Program-made: the position numbers and the translations under genes
Notes under the pieces: model-generated
Database searches by the model: none
Seen by the model: the letters and a program-made list of their open reading frames with translations, nothing else
What the model was told of the DNA's origin: nothing
Assembly: GCF_001194135.2 (NCBI RefSeq)
Contig: NC_068995.1
Span: 19,163,699-19,227,698, forward strand
Source of the DNA: Octopus bimaculoides
Taxonomy: Eukaryota
Length of the DNA: 64,000 nt
Direction: 5' to 3'
In this document: one piece after another, positions 51,640 through 64,000 of the stretch
How the letters are laid out: each line of letters starts with the position of its first letter
Position numbering within the stretch: position 1 is the stretch's first letter

Positions 51640-51838
51640 TTTGTGTCTATGTTTGTCCCCAAAATTTCGCTTCACAACCAATGCTGGTGTGTTTACGTCC
51701 CCGTAACTTAGTGGTTCGGCAAAAAGTGTCCGATAGAATAAGTACTAGGCTTACAAAGAATATGTCCTGGGGTCGATTTGCTCGACTAAAGGTGGTGTCT
51801 CAGCATGGCCGCAGTCAAATGACTGAAACAAGTAAAGT
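51640..51838 (+). mobile_element. SINE family B 3' half, low divergence
   Basis: gctggtgtgtttacgtccccgtaacttagtggttcggcaaaa...cagcatggccgcagtcaaatgactgaaacaagtaaag. Confidence 0.9.
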
Positions 51839-51883
51839 GTATATATATATATTTAATATATACACACACACACACACACACAG

Positions 51884-51991
<108 letters not shown>

Positions 51992-52006
51992 NNNNNNNNN
52001 NNNNNN

Positions 52007-52052
<46 letters not shown>

Positions 52053-52685
52053 CTATACATATATACGTATATATGTTATTATATATATACATATATGTAT
52101 ATGCGTGTAGAATTAGAATTAGAGAGAGAATAAAAAAATGATGAGAGAGACACTGAGTGAAAAGGTGATTTATATAAACACGCTTAGCCGTGATATATAC
52201 ATACCTATACACATGTAAATATATTATAAAAAAATATGTATAGAGTAAACCAAACTGAAAATATTTGGCAGATGAACACTTGTGTATATGCATAGAGGTA
52301 TTTATATATCTAGAGACTATATTGACATATGGTACAAAAATACAAGAAACTAGGGGAAAGGGCATGGTATTCCACATCTGATAGCTGTTCCTGGGAGATC
52401 GGCGTTATGAAATAGTTCTAATGTTTATAATGGCAGATGGGGTGTTTCAAAAAGTCGAAGATATTCAACCATTACTGGAGGCAAATAAACGTTAACGTAA
52501 AACCACCCTTCGTCGTCTCTATCCTGACAACGGAGGAAGATTTACTGTAAAGTTTATATGCATTGTTTGTTCTGTAAATATATAATTGACTTTATGGTTA
52601 TACACGAGTCTACATCATTTGCAGAGTTTCAGTTTTTGTTCTCTCCATATATAACCCTATAAATATTTACGTGTACACACGCACA

Positions 52686-52808
<123 letters not shown>

Positions 52809-54296
52809 ATGTGTGTGTGTGTGTGTACTTTTCACCGGGTAGCTTGGACACTCTATCGCATACTTGATTTTCTCTTTCTTTTTCCACAAAAAAGATAAGT
52901 TGCTCTCTTTTGTTTCAATTAACTCTCTTAATCGATGTTTTGATATTTTTCTACTATGACTAAGTATTCAAAATGTATTGAATAAAGATATGTTATATAT
53001 TTTCCTTTTACAGTTTACTAGCATGTCGTAAATATAGACATTTTACTATACAATAGAGAATTATGAGAGCGCCAAGTAACATTTTAACTTATTAACTTTT
53101 ATCATTCACAGCCAGTGGATGTGACGTTTTCCTCGTTTCGTATCTCTTTGTTCTGCTTCCGTTTTAGTTCTACTTATTTGAGCAAGTTCCATTTAACAAT
53201 TAAATGCATGGCATTTCAACAGATATGGAAGTTAAAAGACACTGATATATTTTCTTTGCTGAACATTTAACCTTCTAGTATGCCTTTCTGCTTTCGAGAT
53301 ATGCCTAACAACCATTCACGTAAGTTTGAATTAAATACCAAAATTTTAGGGATTGTTGAGCACAAATATAGTTATGAGGGCAACAAATATATAGCTAAGA
53401 ATTTCGTCGTCACTGAAAAGTTCAACTGTCAATAACCAAACTCCATAAAGATAAACCATTGAATTAGATAAACATATGCGACAAGATGCTGCAGAAATGT
53501 AAAATGTCAAATTCCGTTATCTATTTTAATCACTAATTTCAACTTAATTTTTGAAATAACTATAAATTATGTTACGTTTATCTTCTCTTGAGCACAAGTT
53601 TTTGGTGTTTCGCATATAATTCAGAAAATGTGTATATCATTTGGCAGCTTAGAAGTAACATCTCGGTAGATTTATAATATAGTTACTTCATCGCACTAGA
53701 TGTTCATAAAATAGGCAATAGAATATTGGTGCTAATTCATGAGAAAATAATCCAGCCTTTTCTATATATTTGCAACTAAATAATTCTTTGGAATTGCAAT
53801 TGATAAGTTACAGGCTTACAAATTCATAAACCAATAACGTTAGACGAAGTAAATTTGTGGTTGCAAATTTTGTATTTCACTACTTCATTAACAATCGGTT
53901 ATAACACGAAACAAATCTTACCGACAAAAAATATAATTTACACGGCGTTGTCAAATAAAGCGAGACATAAATGGGTAATGACTATATATATACATATATA
54001 TGCGTGTATATGCGTGTATATGCGTGTATATGCGTGTATATGCGTGTGTATGTGTGTATGTGTGTGCATGCGTGTGTGTTTGTGTACAAAAGTATATCTA
54101 TAATTATTTGAATTCTTCCTCTGTGGAAAAGGCTCGATTCTAAGAAAGATACAAAGCTCCATCTTCCGAATATTGATATACGATGAGCTCCATCTTCGGA
54201 CGTCGATATATATCGTACGGGAAGTATCTTTGATAAATTGTTGGATTTATGTATAAGTAAATATATGTGTGCATGTGTGTGTCTATGTATATACAC

Positions 54297-54329
<33 letters not shown>

Positions 54330-54898
54330 CACACACACACATATACAGAGAGTGAGAGAGAGAGAGAGAACGGGAGAAAGCGATATATATATATATATGT
54401 GTGTATATGCATGCAGATACACAGTAATTCGCACTTAAGCATACACCATCGCGTACATACCCATATTCATGTGTATTATTGCTGCTGGGTGTACTTGTGT
54501 AAATCCCGCTATGTGATTTCGTTTGACTGGTAACGAAGTGATAGCTTCTCAATTCTAAATCCACGTACACTTTTCTATTGTCCGTGCTTCCTCCACTACA
54601 GATGCACATAATTCATTGCTATGTATTTTTGCCTGTGTGCTCAAGAAGGTAAAGAAGTAAGTTACCGGTAACACATAGAACAAAAGAATGAAAATGTTGC
54701 AGCAGTTAGACAGTAGGTGCGGAATGATTAGAATAATCGAGTGCATTAAGAAAATAATTCGAGTTGAATTGATCCTTTGCCATTTAGAGGATGCAATGCG
54801 AAATTAGCATGCCTTTCGCAGAAGTACTTACAGTTTGATAAACTGGGCCTCATGTGTAGCAGTTATGGTCACAGTCAGTGGAACATCTCTTATATAGT

Positions 54899-54974
<76 letters not shown>

Positions 54975-55020
54975 NNNNNNNNNNNNNNNNNNNNNNNNNN
55001 NNNNNNNNNNNNNNNNNNNN

Positions 55021-55063
<43 letters not shown>

Positions 55064-56639
55064 CCTACACACACACACACGCAGATTTTGAGAAATTTAA
55101 TATCATATTGCCCCACATAATTTTTTGTGCTGTATTTCTCAATGAAGTGGTGCTCCTGAAGAAATTGATATTACATTTGTTTTCTTGCTGTTTGTAATCA
55201 AGGCTTCACTAAGCGAGACAATCTACTATCTAAAATAATTTTCCCATGAGCATATGCTCTTGTGTACTGTCGTTCTGCATTTACATTATGTATATCATTC
55301 ATTTTATATGAATCTCATTCATTTAGCTTGGATTTCTTGTAAATTATGTGACTATGTACAGACAGACACTTATGTTGCCCTGGTCACTTGATATAGCACA
55401 TTGCACTGACATTCAACTTCGTAGGAATATTTCGACATATATTTTCTGGATGAGGCCTGGGGTTAATTCAATATTTTGAAATACCATTAATGTGTCAAAG
55501 CCAATAAATGTTATACTTTGTGGCAAGGTTTAGAACCTGATATTTTGCATTTGAAAAGAATATTTGTACTCGGTAATTTGAGTTACCCTCAATTAATACA
55601 AATATTTCTCACGTAGTTTATAAGTAAATTGTTCAGAATTCTCTCCATCCTTGGCTTTTGCTGCCTAACAGTTATACAAGCAAGCAAAATGGTTGGAACA
55701 AACTAGCTACAGAATTATACCATAAGAAGCAGTTTTATCTACATGGTTTCATATGCTGTCACAAATGATATGATATGTAGAACCATATCTCGTTTAGGCT
55801 TGTTAATAATATCAGTGTTTTTTTTTAAACCACTTGTGTAAATATAAAATGTGAAATATATGTACTTTTCAGGATTAACAATACATGTAGCATTTCCCAT
55901 AAAATGTGCTGCACAATGTTTCGCTTCAAACAAACATGTAAATACTAGCATTGTTGACAAATGTATACACAACGAGTTACACATTCCTGGATTGTAAAAT
56001 TAGCAAGGTGGTTTTAGGGTGGACGAGGCTCAAAGGGTTGTGGAGAAACATTCCCAATTTTAGAAAAGCTATCTTCGCATATTTTTTCAAGAATCACTTG
56101 AAGTGTAACTTGAGAATGGACGGCATAGAAGAAGTATTATCCAGAGTAAATTTGTCGAAGAGTAGGGGTTAGTGGGGAAAATGATTACAGTGATTGAAAG
56201 TACTGTAAACATACGAGTAGTCCACAAAACTCGGGTGAGGTTTTGTGCATTTTGTGATCATGATGGGCTTTGATCTGTGCGATTCCTTGGCTAAGTCATG
56301 GCCAGAGGTTATTTTATATCTGAATTTATCTTCACGTATATACCATGTATACATTCCATATCATCTCCTGTCACTTTCCCTTGTTCTTTTTCCTATGTGT
56401 TTGTCAACCAGTGAGCATATTGTAAGCTGTCATTGTAATATCTCTCTCAATAGATGCTCCTGTGACAGCGGATATCATCATCAACCTTATCGTTGTTTTC
56501 TGAAATTTGTAGTTGCTATTATAGTTTTCGTAGTCATCAATGTTCTTTAATTACAAATCTCTTCATATCTGCATTGTTTAATAAGAGTGTTAACTTGACT
56601 TTTGTAAGTGGATGTATCAGGGGCGGAAAAGATGTAACT

Positions 56640-57350
56640 AACAGCATCATCAAACATAAGATATCTTACAAGCCTTCAATTAGAAATATGAAACCCAAAA
56701 ATTGATCCAGGACAATAATATGCATTACACTATTTTGTTTTTAGACTTTAAAACTAACACAAGCAAAATAATTCCTGGCATTGTTCGATAAGCATTTCTC
56801 ATTAAATCATAAATACAGGAACATTTTTAGCTCGATAAATATTTCATGCAGCTGCAGCCCCAATATGGAGAGCGTTATCACTCGCAAGCCACACCAAAAA
56901 CTTACTCCTAGTTGTAACTGTCGAGATTCCAATGCTTTCTCACTCGATCAGGCGTGATTGATAATCTCAGTCGTGTATGAAGACGTAGTCACAGCATAAT
57001 AGTAAAATAACGTATTCGAAAAGACAATTTACGTCAGTTAATGTGAAGTTAATTTCAAAAGATGTTATACAATTTACTTGTCTTCTTTGCAATATATCGA
57101 CAAAAATAAAGCAAAAAATTTGGCTAGCGTTGTATTAGATCGCAAGACCAACTGCACACCGCATGCAGTTAAGTGGAACATCATGGAGAAATCTTCGCCA
57201 TACACAGTTGTATCAAAGTAATTCAAATATGTGTAGCTGAAATATCGCACATTCTTTTACCGTCTGAGATTTTCACCACATCACAAATACCAGATCCGAA
57301 TTTTTTACAAATGCAAGCAGATTGACACACTTTTTCTGTCGAACTGGAAG
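56640..57350 (+). mobile_element. Penelope-clade retroelement 3' remnant (linker plus GIY-YIG region)
   Basis: FLALFDKHFSLNHKYRNIF...CSPNMESVI...SCNCRDSN...SVVYEDVV matches the Penelope DKHFP..HK..KIF..SYSCMPN...CNCR...CPL...VVY.A.V pattern. Frameshifted downstream. Confidence 0.75.
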
Positions 57351-59129
57351 ATACCATACACAGCGGATGGAACAGATTGGCACACCGACTTTGGTGTCCT
57401 TCCTGTTTAATAATTGTACACTAACTAGATTAATTATTATTTTGATAAAATAGATGCAACTCTTACTTTTTTTCCGTTTTTATTCACGCTCTTTACTTGT
57501 TCCACTTTTTGTACTAACTCTCTTCTCGTGTTTTCTCGGGAAATAGCGTCTTGTTTTTCAAATAAAACTAACCATGTTTATATACGTTGAAAGAGTTGCT
57601 TGGAAGCACACGGCACATTATATAAATCTATCGAACTATTAGGTTTCCACGGAATTACACTATTAGTAGCTGACATCTAAATACTGAGGAGATTAAACGA
57701 TATTTGTCTCTCATTGAATGGATTTTTTTATTATCTTGATATCCTACTCTTAACGGAAGATTAAACCATATCTATATATATATATATGTATTATATGTAG
57801 AGAGAGAGAGAGAGAATGAGAGAGAGAGTGAGAGAGAAATTCTTTATATTTATATTCATATATTTATATGTCATTTACACGTTTGTGTGTGTACTCGTAT
57901 GTGTGTAGGTATGTGTGTGTCAGTCATACATATCGCAGGCAAGTTACACAATACTTCCAAGGGTATATGATTGTATTTACCCAGTTTAATAATGGAAAAT
58001 ATTTTCCTTTATTTGCGTATATCCACATTGCTCTTTGTCGTGCTATTTCTGAACAAGCTACACATCTACTTTACGACCTGCCTATATTTGAACCTTAGTC
58101 GAGAGAATATACTGTCAGCGCTAAAGTCATTTCCTGAACATGACCTAATTTGCGCTAAAGTTAAGTTTTAAAAATCACGAAAGTAATGATATGAATTATT
58201 TTTTACACGATTAAAGCGATATCCTATGTACATGACCATGAAATTCTCTGAGTCACATGTACTTTCAATATTGAAGTAAAACAGGTTGATTTATTTAGCT
58301 TTTTACATCGAACTGTTTTATTGGATTATATTTCAAATAGAGAAACTCAACTTAGTGTCAACATATTAAAAATAAATCTGTATTATTCATTACAGTATTT
58401 TGGATTAGCTCTCACATAACATATCAGCCTCTTTTCTAGGTTTTCTGTCAAGTTACATTTATGTGGCTGTTAAATTTCTAACTCTGGCATGACATGTTAT
58501 ATTGGAAGTTAAAAAATAATCAGAGCGTTTGCTACCTCGAAATTGGTAAAATACAAACTTACAACTCTTGATCAAAATATATAGACACTTTAAAAGCGTT
58601 GAATTATTTGGATACTGAGTTCGTTACAATATCATATTATGTACAATTTTCTTGAACGCTTAATCGATAATCATGGTTTCATCAATTTAGGAAGCATTGT
58701 GTGACGACGACAAATAAGACTGAAAACACAATTTCACGGGTGCAGGTGATAGGACGTTATCTAATTATCAATCAGCCAGAAACATCCTAATGCTTACAAT
58801 AGTCTGGACAACGCTATAAGAATCAAAGGACGAGGTTGTGTTGTTGAATCGCGCAACAAATTGTCGTTACTAAAAAAAAAGTGCGGTCGTTTCGTAAGAT
58901 GTTAGCACGATTTCTGCCTATCCAGCCGCATTTAGAGCAGTGGTTCTCAACCGGGGTCCATATCGCCCTTGGTGTTCCATATAAGATTTTGTTGTTATAA
59001 TTTATCTACAATAAAGTGTTTATACTCCTGCAATACACAAAATAGTTTGAAGATTATTGTTGTACAATGAATATGTTAACTGACAGTGAAAGTTTTAGAT
59101 GGAAAAAATAGGAGTCAAAATGACGTTTC

Positions 59130-59560
59130 GAGCATGGCTGTTCATTATTGTGACTGAATGTCAAAATCTTGGACGCGGATGCACAGACGTCGAAGAAAGA
59201 GGAGTTGGAAGAAGACAGCCCGTTAAATGTTGGAGGGGTAGAGAGGAAAAATTGAAGTTGAGATGTGTATCAGTAACTTTGAGAAATGGGAATTGGAGAG
59301 AGTGGGACCGAGGTGATCATAGACAGAGAGATTCCCAGACATTTCACAGATGTGTCGGAGATGGCAGTACAAAACTCAAGGGAGAGATGGAGGATAGAAA
59401 CCAAAGAGACGAGGTGATTAAGTTGCTCACGGGAAAAGGATGCTGCACTGACAGTGTCCCTTATGTATTGACCATATTGATTTGTGGTCGGTCGAGTGAA
59501 GAGAGGGGCGATTTAGGCATAACAGATAAAATAAGTTAGCGAAATTGAAACCCATTCTCG
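59130..59560 (-). mobile_element. Penelope-like (Neptune-type) RT fragment
   Basis: Translates to YGQYIRDTVSAASFSREQLNHLVSLVSILHLSLEFCTAISDTSVKCLGISLS (decayed RYIDD motif through the thumb), then VTDTHLNFNFSS and FLRRLC...DFDIQSQ. Confidence 0.75.
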
Positions 59561-59577
59561 TTCCCATTGCAACCCCT

Positions 59578-59636
<59 letters not shown>

Positions 59637-60792
59637 GCGAGGATATATGCGTGTGCATCTATGTATGAATACACATATAGGTGCGAATGTGTCTATATAA
59701 GTTTCATGCTTACCGCTTTTCTCCCTCAATTAAATTCAACAATTGCTGACTCTTATATATTACAAAACGAGAACAACTGAAATGTTAGTATCTTCCTATA
59801 TCGCATATCACTTAATCTCATATATAACTACCTTATGACCCAATTTGCATGTCCACTGACTTGTACGATCTGCCTTGGTTCAACCAAAAAACATTTATTA
59901 GTTTCTAAGAGAAGAACTTGAAAAATTTGAAATACATCCCAAAGAAACCCAAATGTACCATCTAATCCGTCAAATTTGAGGATGACTATTTAGTATTATA
60001 CGAGCATAAATACTGTGAAATAGTGCGTGTCACAGTCGTTTAGTCAAAATACTTAATGTATATCCAATCAAATACACTCACAGGTCATAGGTCTACCGAG
60101 TATATAACAATAAATTTGCTTCAGGCCATCGGCAACAGGATCGAATCTGGAAAGTCATGATTACAAAGCAGAAGACTTAGCCGTTCTGCCATAATATTTA
60201 CACACAACACACAGACAGGCATTCACAAACACGCACATAAACACATGCACACAAATACACACACATACATATGTGTATATCGGAATAATGAATATCCAGA
60301 ACCACATATGTAATCTTCAATATCAGCATGTAAAGTCTTGGTTAAAAAAGACTGCCACTGCACACGATAGCACACTAGCACACGTGTCAACTGTTTCCTT
60401 AAACTAAACTGATTCAAATTACAAAAATTGTTCGTGACCGATTACAGTTCTCCGATAAACATCTTAATGAATATCGCAAAGAAAACTTGTATATGTCATC
60501 AGAATGGTTTCTGTGTGAGTGCTGGGTTAGTTTGTGCGTCTACAGAACCAATAACTTTATTTCTACAAAGCGCTGACATGTAAATAGAAACAAATATATA
60601 CATATAGTTACAGATGTCAACAGATGTTTGTAAATATAAGGGCATGCGAAAGTCTTTTTGCGAAATGATACTCTCATATTGTAGATAGGATATGCCACTA
60701 CACATACATGTATACAGACATACTATATACATACACACATGCATGAATGAGCACATACATACACGCCTATATTGTTTACACTCGACTTCTAT

Positions 60793-60857
<65 letters not shown>

Positions 60858-62809
60858 NNNNNNNNNNNNNNNNNNNNNNNNNNNNNNNNNNNNNNNNNNN
60901 NNNNNNNNNNNNNNNNNNNNNNNNNNNNNNNNNNNNNNNNNNNNNNNNNNNNNNNNNNNNNNNNNNNNNNNNNNNNNNNNNNNNNNNNNNNNNNNNNNNN
61001 NNNNNNNNNNNNNNNNNNNNNNNNNNNNNNNNNNNNNNNNNNNNNNNNNNNNNNNNNNNNNNNNNNNNNNNNNNNNNNNNNNNNNNNNNNNNNNNNNNNN
61101 NNNNNNNNNNNNNNNNNNNNNNNNNNNNNNNNNNNNNNNNNNNNNNNNNNNNNNNNNNNNNNNNNNNNNNNNNNNNNNNNNNNNNNNNNNNNNNNNNNNN
61201 NNNNNNNNNNNNNNNNNNNNNNNNNNNNNNNNNNNNNNNNNNNNNNNNNNNNNNNNNNNNNNNNNNNNNNNNNNNNNNNNNNNNNNNNNNNNNNNNNNNN
61301 NNNNNNNNNNNNNNNNNNNNNNNNNNNNNNNNNNNNNNNNNNNNNNNNNNNNNNNNNNNNNNNNNNNNNNNNNNNNNNNNNNNNNNNNNNNNNNNNNNNN
61401 NNNNNNNNNNNNNNNNAAACTTTTTCATTTTCAATTATTTAACTTTTGTTTTATTTCGTTTTATTTATATATTTTTTTCTCTTTTACATTTACGAAATAT
61501 TCTTGCTATCAGACATCTATGGAATATTCTTTTATCACATTGCAATCTTTCTAAAATTATATTACCGAAAATTATGAGCAGGAAAAAACTTAAAATGCAG
61601 TCAAGATAAACCATCTGATGGTGTTGAAAAGAAACTATTTTCAGGGGATGTTTCCTTCGTATTTCTTCCCCATCCAATTCTCTAAGTAATCAACACCGAA
61701 AAAATGGACAGATGTGTGTGTATGTGTGTTTTTGTGTGCGTGCGCGCGCGCGTGTGCATGGTTCTGTATGCATTGCAGTAATATGTTACATAACATTACA
61801 GACCTAGATAACACAGATACGTAATATGCGTGCAGCTGTGTATTTTTCTATTTGCCTGTGTGTGTATGTGTGTCTAAGGTGCGTAGAGAAAGATGATGAA
61901 CCTACGTGTGGATGATTACAAAAGAAAAGAAGTAAATGAACAATCTTGAGCACTGAATAAAATTAGTTTTGCAAGCACAACGTAAAATGTTTATCAAATT
62001 CACAATATGTGACGTTGTATTTACATATGAGCTTGAAATATTACACATATATGCATGCGCAAACACAAGCATTCGCACACGCATAATACACACATACACA
62101 CGCACACACACTCACACTTATATATATAAATATAAATAAATATATATATATANNNNNNNNNNATGTATGTATATATATATGGGTGTGTGTGCGTGTGTAT
62201 ACATGTACATATATAAGTATATATACAAACACACACAAACATGCATATATATATGAATGTATGTATATATAAACCTTTCTTTTCCAACGAGTTACCATGT
62301 TTCACCACTAAATCTACAAGTCTTTTTTTATTCACTCTCTATTTTTTAATTTTTTTTTATTTCTCTCTATGTTATTCTCTCTCTATTTAAAACGAAGCGA
62401 TTTGCCACAAACGAATATCAAAGGGAGCAGATTAGTCACTCAGTTCAAAACATCACGAAACAGTTATGTCTGGAAACATAACTACCGACATAAATGAAGG
62501 CGATTTTCGATCTATTAGCCTACGATATGATACATATATCCATTTGAAGAACAGGGAACTGTGTCATGTGAGAAACTCGTCCTTCAACAAATAGACCCGT
62601 CTCTTATTGTTATCTTCAATGCGTTAATGACAAAGCAAATCTCATTGGCCATCGCCCGGCACAACGACCGCGTTACCCAGTGGGGAAGCTGTCTGGAGTC
62701 GAAAATCCTGCTGCTGAAACAGATTCTTCCCCCAAGAAAACGAACTACCAGGTAACCAGAACCAGGATAACCTTAACCCTAGACCTGTACTTACACCAAT
62801 ATCACCACC

Positions 62810-63240
62810 TAAAACAAAAACGCATAAAATGGTCTAGAGGTGATTATATAGTGTGTTGAAAGCGTTTTATACAGCCCAACTAGCCCCAAACAAAAGATCA
62901 TTGCACAAACATTCACGTCATGGAGAAACTCAGTAGACAACGAAGTGCGAAGATATATGATCACAAATAAATTAATTAACGTACTTAGAGACATCATTAA
63001 CAATAAAAGTTAACTGACGCTGAAATTAACCAAATTAGAACACACACATCTCACTGTATACCAAATGAAAACAGCAACAATGCGGATGAAATAGGTAACA
63101 GATGCACAGAATCTAGTGTACGAGCAGTACAACCCAACAAGTTAGCTGAAGAAGGAATAACGAAAAACAAATAAGCGGAAAAAGAGGAGAAAGAAGACCT
63201 ACCTCAAGAACACTAGAATAGTCATGACACATACCACATA
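62810..63240 (+). mobile_element. R4/Dong-like non-LTR retrotransposon N-terminal remnant
   Basis: Across frameshifts it reads KRIKWSRGDYI.VLKAFYTAQL...TFTSWRN...TNKLINVLRDIINNK.LTDAEINQI, resembling the N-terminal domain of R4/Dong ORFs (from recall). Confidence 0.5.
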
Positions 63241-63640
63241 TTTGCTTGTCAGTTGCTTAACCTTAACCAGTTGAGCATGTTCCTTGCTGGCTTATCAGAT
63301 GTGCTTTTCTGATCACGAGCATAAGTAGTGGGGTGCATCATAGCAATGTGTTGAGAGAGATCATTTGGGGGTTAAATAATTCACCTTTGCAACCCTGACC
63401 CGACCTTAAAAAAATTCTAATTTGGTCCCATCTGCAAGCTCATGCGCTGTTTATCTTGATATGATATCAACATGTTGCGCACAAATGCTTGCGATACATG
63501 TGCCTTGTGTACCCTTATCAAACGGGTAGTCAAGATGGTTATTTTGATCCCCGTATATTTATCCCAGTGTCACTTTGATGGTATGGGCTGCTCTTTCACG
63601 TAGTAATAATAATGATGATAATGATAATAATAATAATAAT
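63240..63640 (+). mobile_element. SINE-like repeat (third family) ending in an (AAT/GAT)n tail
   Basis: Higher-GC block ending ...cagtgtcactttgatgg...ctctttcacgtagtaataataatgatgat...aat. Only one copy is in the window, so the family call is from recall. Confidence 0.4.
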
Positions 63641-64000
63641 AAAAATACAGATGAATACCGATCTGCTAGCCTTAAAAAACTACGCTACGAGCAATGTTTA
63701 CATGCTGAGAACTCGGTGACGGTGTTGTCTCAAAAAACTGACCCTAAACAGACAAATCCGTCCCCGAATGTCAACGCCAAAGCTCGTCATGCCTCAATGA
63801 TAACAAGGCAGATCACAAACCAGAGTGGTTATCGACCGAATCACAAAGGGCCACTCACTCGAAATAGATCTGCTAGCCTTAAGAAGCTACGTCACGAAAG
63901 CTCGGAGACGGTGTTGTCTCAAAAAACTTACCCTAAACAGACAGATCCGTCCCCTAGCGTCAACGGCGAAGCTTGTTATGCCTCACTGTTAATAAAACAA
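63641..64000 (+). CDS. Candidate coding segment, open to the window end, with a 69-codon internal repeat; product unknown
   Basis: 120 stop-free codons: KNTDEYRSASLKKLRYEQCLHAENSVTVLSQKTDPKQTNPSPNVNAKARHASMITRQ...RSASLKKLRHESSETVLSQKTYPKQTDPSPSVNGEACYASLLIKQ. The repeat period is 207 bp, with an in-frame 18-bp indel. Confidence 0.5.

Noticed and set aside
57340-57380. ctggaagatacc...ggatggaac at the Penelope 3' end, where a hammerhead might be expected
   Set aside because: The core boxes are mutated and no stem II can be formed; at best a dead relic.
58938-58965. cagtggttctcaacc, a hAT-Charlie-type TIR
   Set aside because: No matching opposite TIR is found nearby, so no element can be delimited.

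Overview
AT-rich animal (eukaryotic) genomic scaffold, dense with microsatellites and broken by many N-gaps. The (TA/CA/ATCT)n density, the two dominant tRNA-headed SINE families and the transposon mix point to a coleoid cephalopod, most likely Octopus; this is recalled pattern, not a database hit. No complete host gene, rRNA, tRNA or CRISPR array is supportable. Most ORFs in the supplied track are microsatellite or N-gap artefacts. The window is mostly decayed mobile DNA: about 20 SINE copies, an RTE LINE (~3 kb), three Penelope-like remnants, an R4/Dong-like 5' remnant, three mariner-type elements, a DD37E (TRT-like) Tc1 element, hAT-Charlie/Buster, a Helitron helicase C-terminus, Helentron-type non-autonomous elements, a foldback MITE, and weaker piggyBac, pogo and MULE remnants. 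Best leads: (1) an intact minimal type I hammerhead ribozyme on the minus strand at 28634-28679 with no adjacent RT; (2) a probable second hammerhead cut by a gap at ~18428-18455; (3) a stop-free reading frame with a 207-bp internal repeat at the window end (63641-64000), absent from the ORF track; (4) a 117-codon Trp/Cys-rich ORF at 20781-21134. TE boundaries are approximate unless TIR/TSD positions are given.
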